In this document: positions 62,277 to 64,000 of the stretch, piece after piece
Layout: the number at the start of each line of letters is the position of its first letter
Position numbering within the stretch: the stretch's first letter is position 1
NCBI GenBank assembly: GCA_043228905.1
Contig: JBHGNT010000009.1
Span: 3,534,001-3,598,000, forward strand
Origin: Azolla caroliniana
Taxonomy: Eukaryota; Plantae; Polypodiophyta
DNA: 64,000 bases
Direction of reading: 5' to 3'
The notes under the pieces: model-generated
Database searches by the model: none
What the model saw: only the letters and a program-made list of their open reading frames with translations
Told to the model about the DNA's origin: nothing
Position numbers and translations under genes: made by a program

Positions 62277-63003
62277 TGAGCATGCGATTAGATAGTACAC
62301 TCATATGTTGTGGATAAGTGGGAAGAAATACCATTGCTAACTGCCACAAGATCAGACAAGCCATCAGGAGACATCTCCTCATCAGTGCAGACAGCAATTA
62401 CATCAACACCTGAAACATCTTTACATAATGAAACATCTACGATATACAATCCATAAAACCACAAGAAAAACCTTCACAAAATGAAGAATCCATTTAAATG
62501 ACATAAAAAGGAATCCTAAAATGAATGGTCCATGGTATCACAAGAAAAATGCAATTAAAGAATCCATTTTAGAACCACCAGAAAAAGAAAAGGGCTCACA
62601 AAATGGAGAACTCTGAACAAAGAAAAAGGAAAAAGAAGGAGATTTACTTGCCTGATTGCACATAGCCCTTGCATCGGTGGGCAAGAGAAGTAGGCGACTC
62701 TTCGGGGTCAATCCGAGCAACTTCCGCAATTATGGAGATCCGGGGCCAGTTCATGCGGATAGCCCGGACAAGGGCATTAGGGTCCGAGGAAGGGGAAGTG
62801 GAGATAAGCCTGGCTTGAAGCTCTTCTGGCTGCTGCAGCTGCAGTGAGCTTAGCTGAGATTGAAGGAACCGCTGCTTGCTCTGTAGAATGCTCTTCAAGG
62901 TGCGCTGTGGAGGAGAGTTGGGGTTGGGGTTGGGGTTCCCACCGAAGCCCTGATCCATTTCTGCTTTCACCCTAGCTGTCGCCGTAGCGAGCTGCAACGC
63001 CAT
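60343..63003 (-). CDS. Indole-3-glycerol-phosphate synthase-like TIM-barrel protein, catalytic residues substituted
   Basis: Exons 63003-62652, 62409-62332, 61336-61287, 61212-61149, 61073-61018, 60831-60751, 60663-60586 and 60504-60343 join in frame: IIAEV...GVDVIAVCTD...IPVVRADWILHPLQVAETREAGAAA...SLGLDPIVEIVN..EL...GIN...AGASALYV. Confidence 0.82.
61590..62210 (+). mobile_element. Second copy of the LINE 3' fragment, in IGPS-like intron 2, with a duplicated 3' tip
   Basis: Collinear with about 57678-58214 (ATTCCTCTGT.AATGAGGCC...AAAGTTCTTGAACATCGAGAGT...TTGGTCTCATAGG). The terminal ~60 bp recur at about 62150-62210. Confidence 0.8.
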
Positions 63004-63258
63004 CGGCACGAAGATGAACGGATTGATGGAAGGGAATGGATGAACAATGTCTGTTTCCTGTTGATCTATCTCCTTTCAGAGAGATGATGATGATGATGAT
63101 GATGCGTTCATCATCTGTTTCCTGTTGATCTATTATCCCCTTTCAGATATGTACATTGTAGATGATACCTTTGTCCTCCTGTGGAGAACAAACAATGTAT
63201 GTATAGCATCTGATACATACATACATACATATATCAATGTGATACATATACATATATG

Positions 63259-63596
63259 TGAAAGGAGATAAACTAGAAACAAGAGCCTTCCTCGGAGACC
63301 ATTCCGGAGCTCATATGGCTGGGAAGAACCGAGCCGAGCTCGTATGGCCTGAAAGAAATGTCTTCTAGATTAACCGGTCCGCTAGAAATGTATCGGGCAG
63401 GGAACCCGTGTATTGACTCTGGCCTTTGCCCGGCCACACACACAAAAAGAAAAAACCTTGACCCGCGTCGCTTGTAAACTGTGTAAACTGAATAAGAAGT
63501 TTGTCCCTCGTGACTACCGAAAACTTTTCGTTTATCTATCCTTTTGATAAAGCGACTCCCAATGCAACCGATCCATTTTATCATAGGCTACTATCA
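63259..63596 (-). mobile_element. Possible short solo LTR/TRIM-like element upstream of the IGPS-like gene
   Basis: GC-richer island bounded by TGATAG...CTTTCA (minus). No TSD found. Confidence 0.3.
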
Positions 63597-64000
63597 GCTT
63601 CACTCCCACATGCACGCACTAAATTTATAAATATGATAATGTTTATACACAAGTTCATGGCACCCATGAGAGCTTCGTGACATTTTCTAGAACAATCTTC
63701 AAAAAGTATCAAGGGTTTTTGTCATTTAACGATCAGAATCCCACACAATCATGTATTACACTTACACATGGACAAAAGTAAATCAATCACCTCTTCACAT
63801 TGTACACTCAAAGGTAAGAGAAAGAATATGTTGGTATTTGTTTCTATTGTCCTATACTTCTATGCATTTCTAACCACTTTCCAAACTAAAGTACATTTAT
63901 GCAATGATCTTCATATTCATATTGTAAGCTTGAACTTATGGCCTACATAACACAATCTTCACATGTAATTGGTGTATGTTACAAGTTATATTGATCAGTT

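Overview
This is eukaryotic land-plant nuclear DNA (spliceosomal introns, a PLS-class PPR gene, XTH, microsatellites). A seed-free vascular plant such as a fern is my inference from gene content, not a proven assignment. Positions 1-13.7 kb are a transposon nest. Two copies of one Ty1/copia family lie in inverted orientation (473-2848 minus, itself interrupted by another LTR; 9551-13723 plus, with a GATTG target-site duplication and no RT/RNase H). Between them is a decayed DNA-transposon-like unit: a DUF7869/Sola-like transposase (minus) head-to-head with an intron-containing pseudogene encoding a ParB/Srx-like domain fused to a beta-class N6A/N4C DNA amino-methyltransferase (DIPY ... NPYQK ... 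DLFSGT). That unit is the most unusual thing in the window. The 3' LTR of the second copia also records a templated repair event that copied 181 bp of flank plus LTR sequence from the first copia. The rest of the window holds host genes: an XTH with a Ser/Pro-rich, GPI-like tail, a DCL/DOMINO1-like DUF3223 gene, CSU2/C9orf78, a PLS-E PPR, a FAD monooxygenase, a RimM-PRC fusion gene and a probably catalytically dead IGPS-like gene. LINE and SINE remnants and many short tandem duplications are interspersed. All gene models and family assignments were read by eye, with no database searches.
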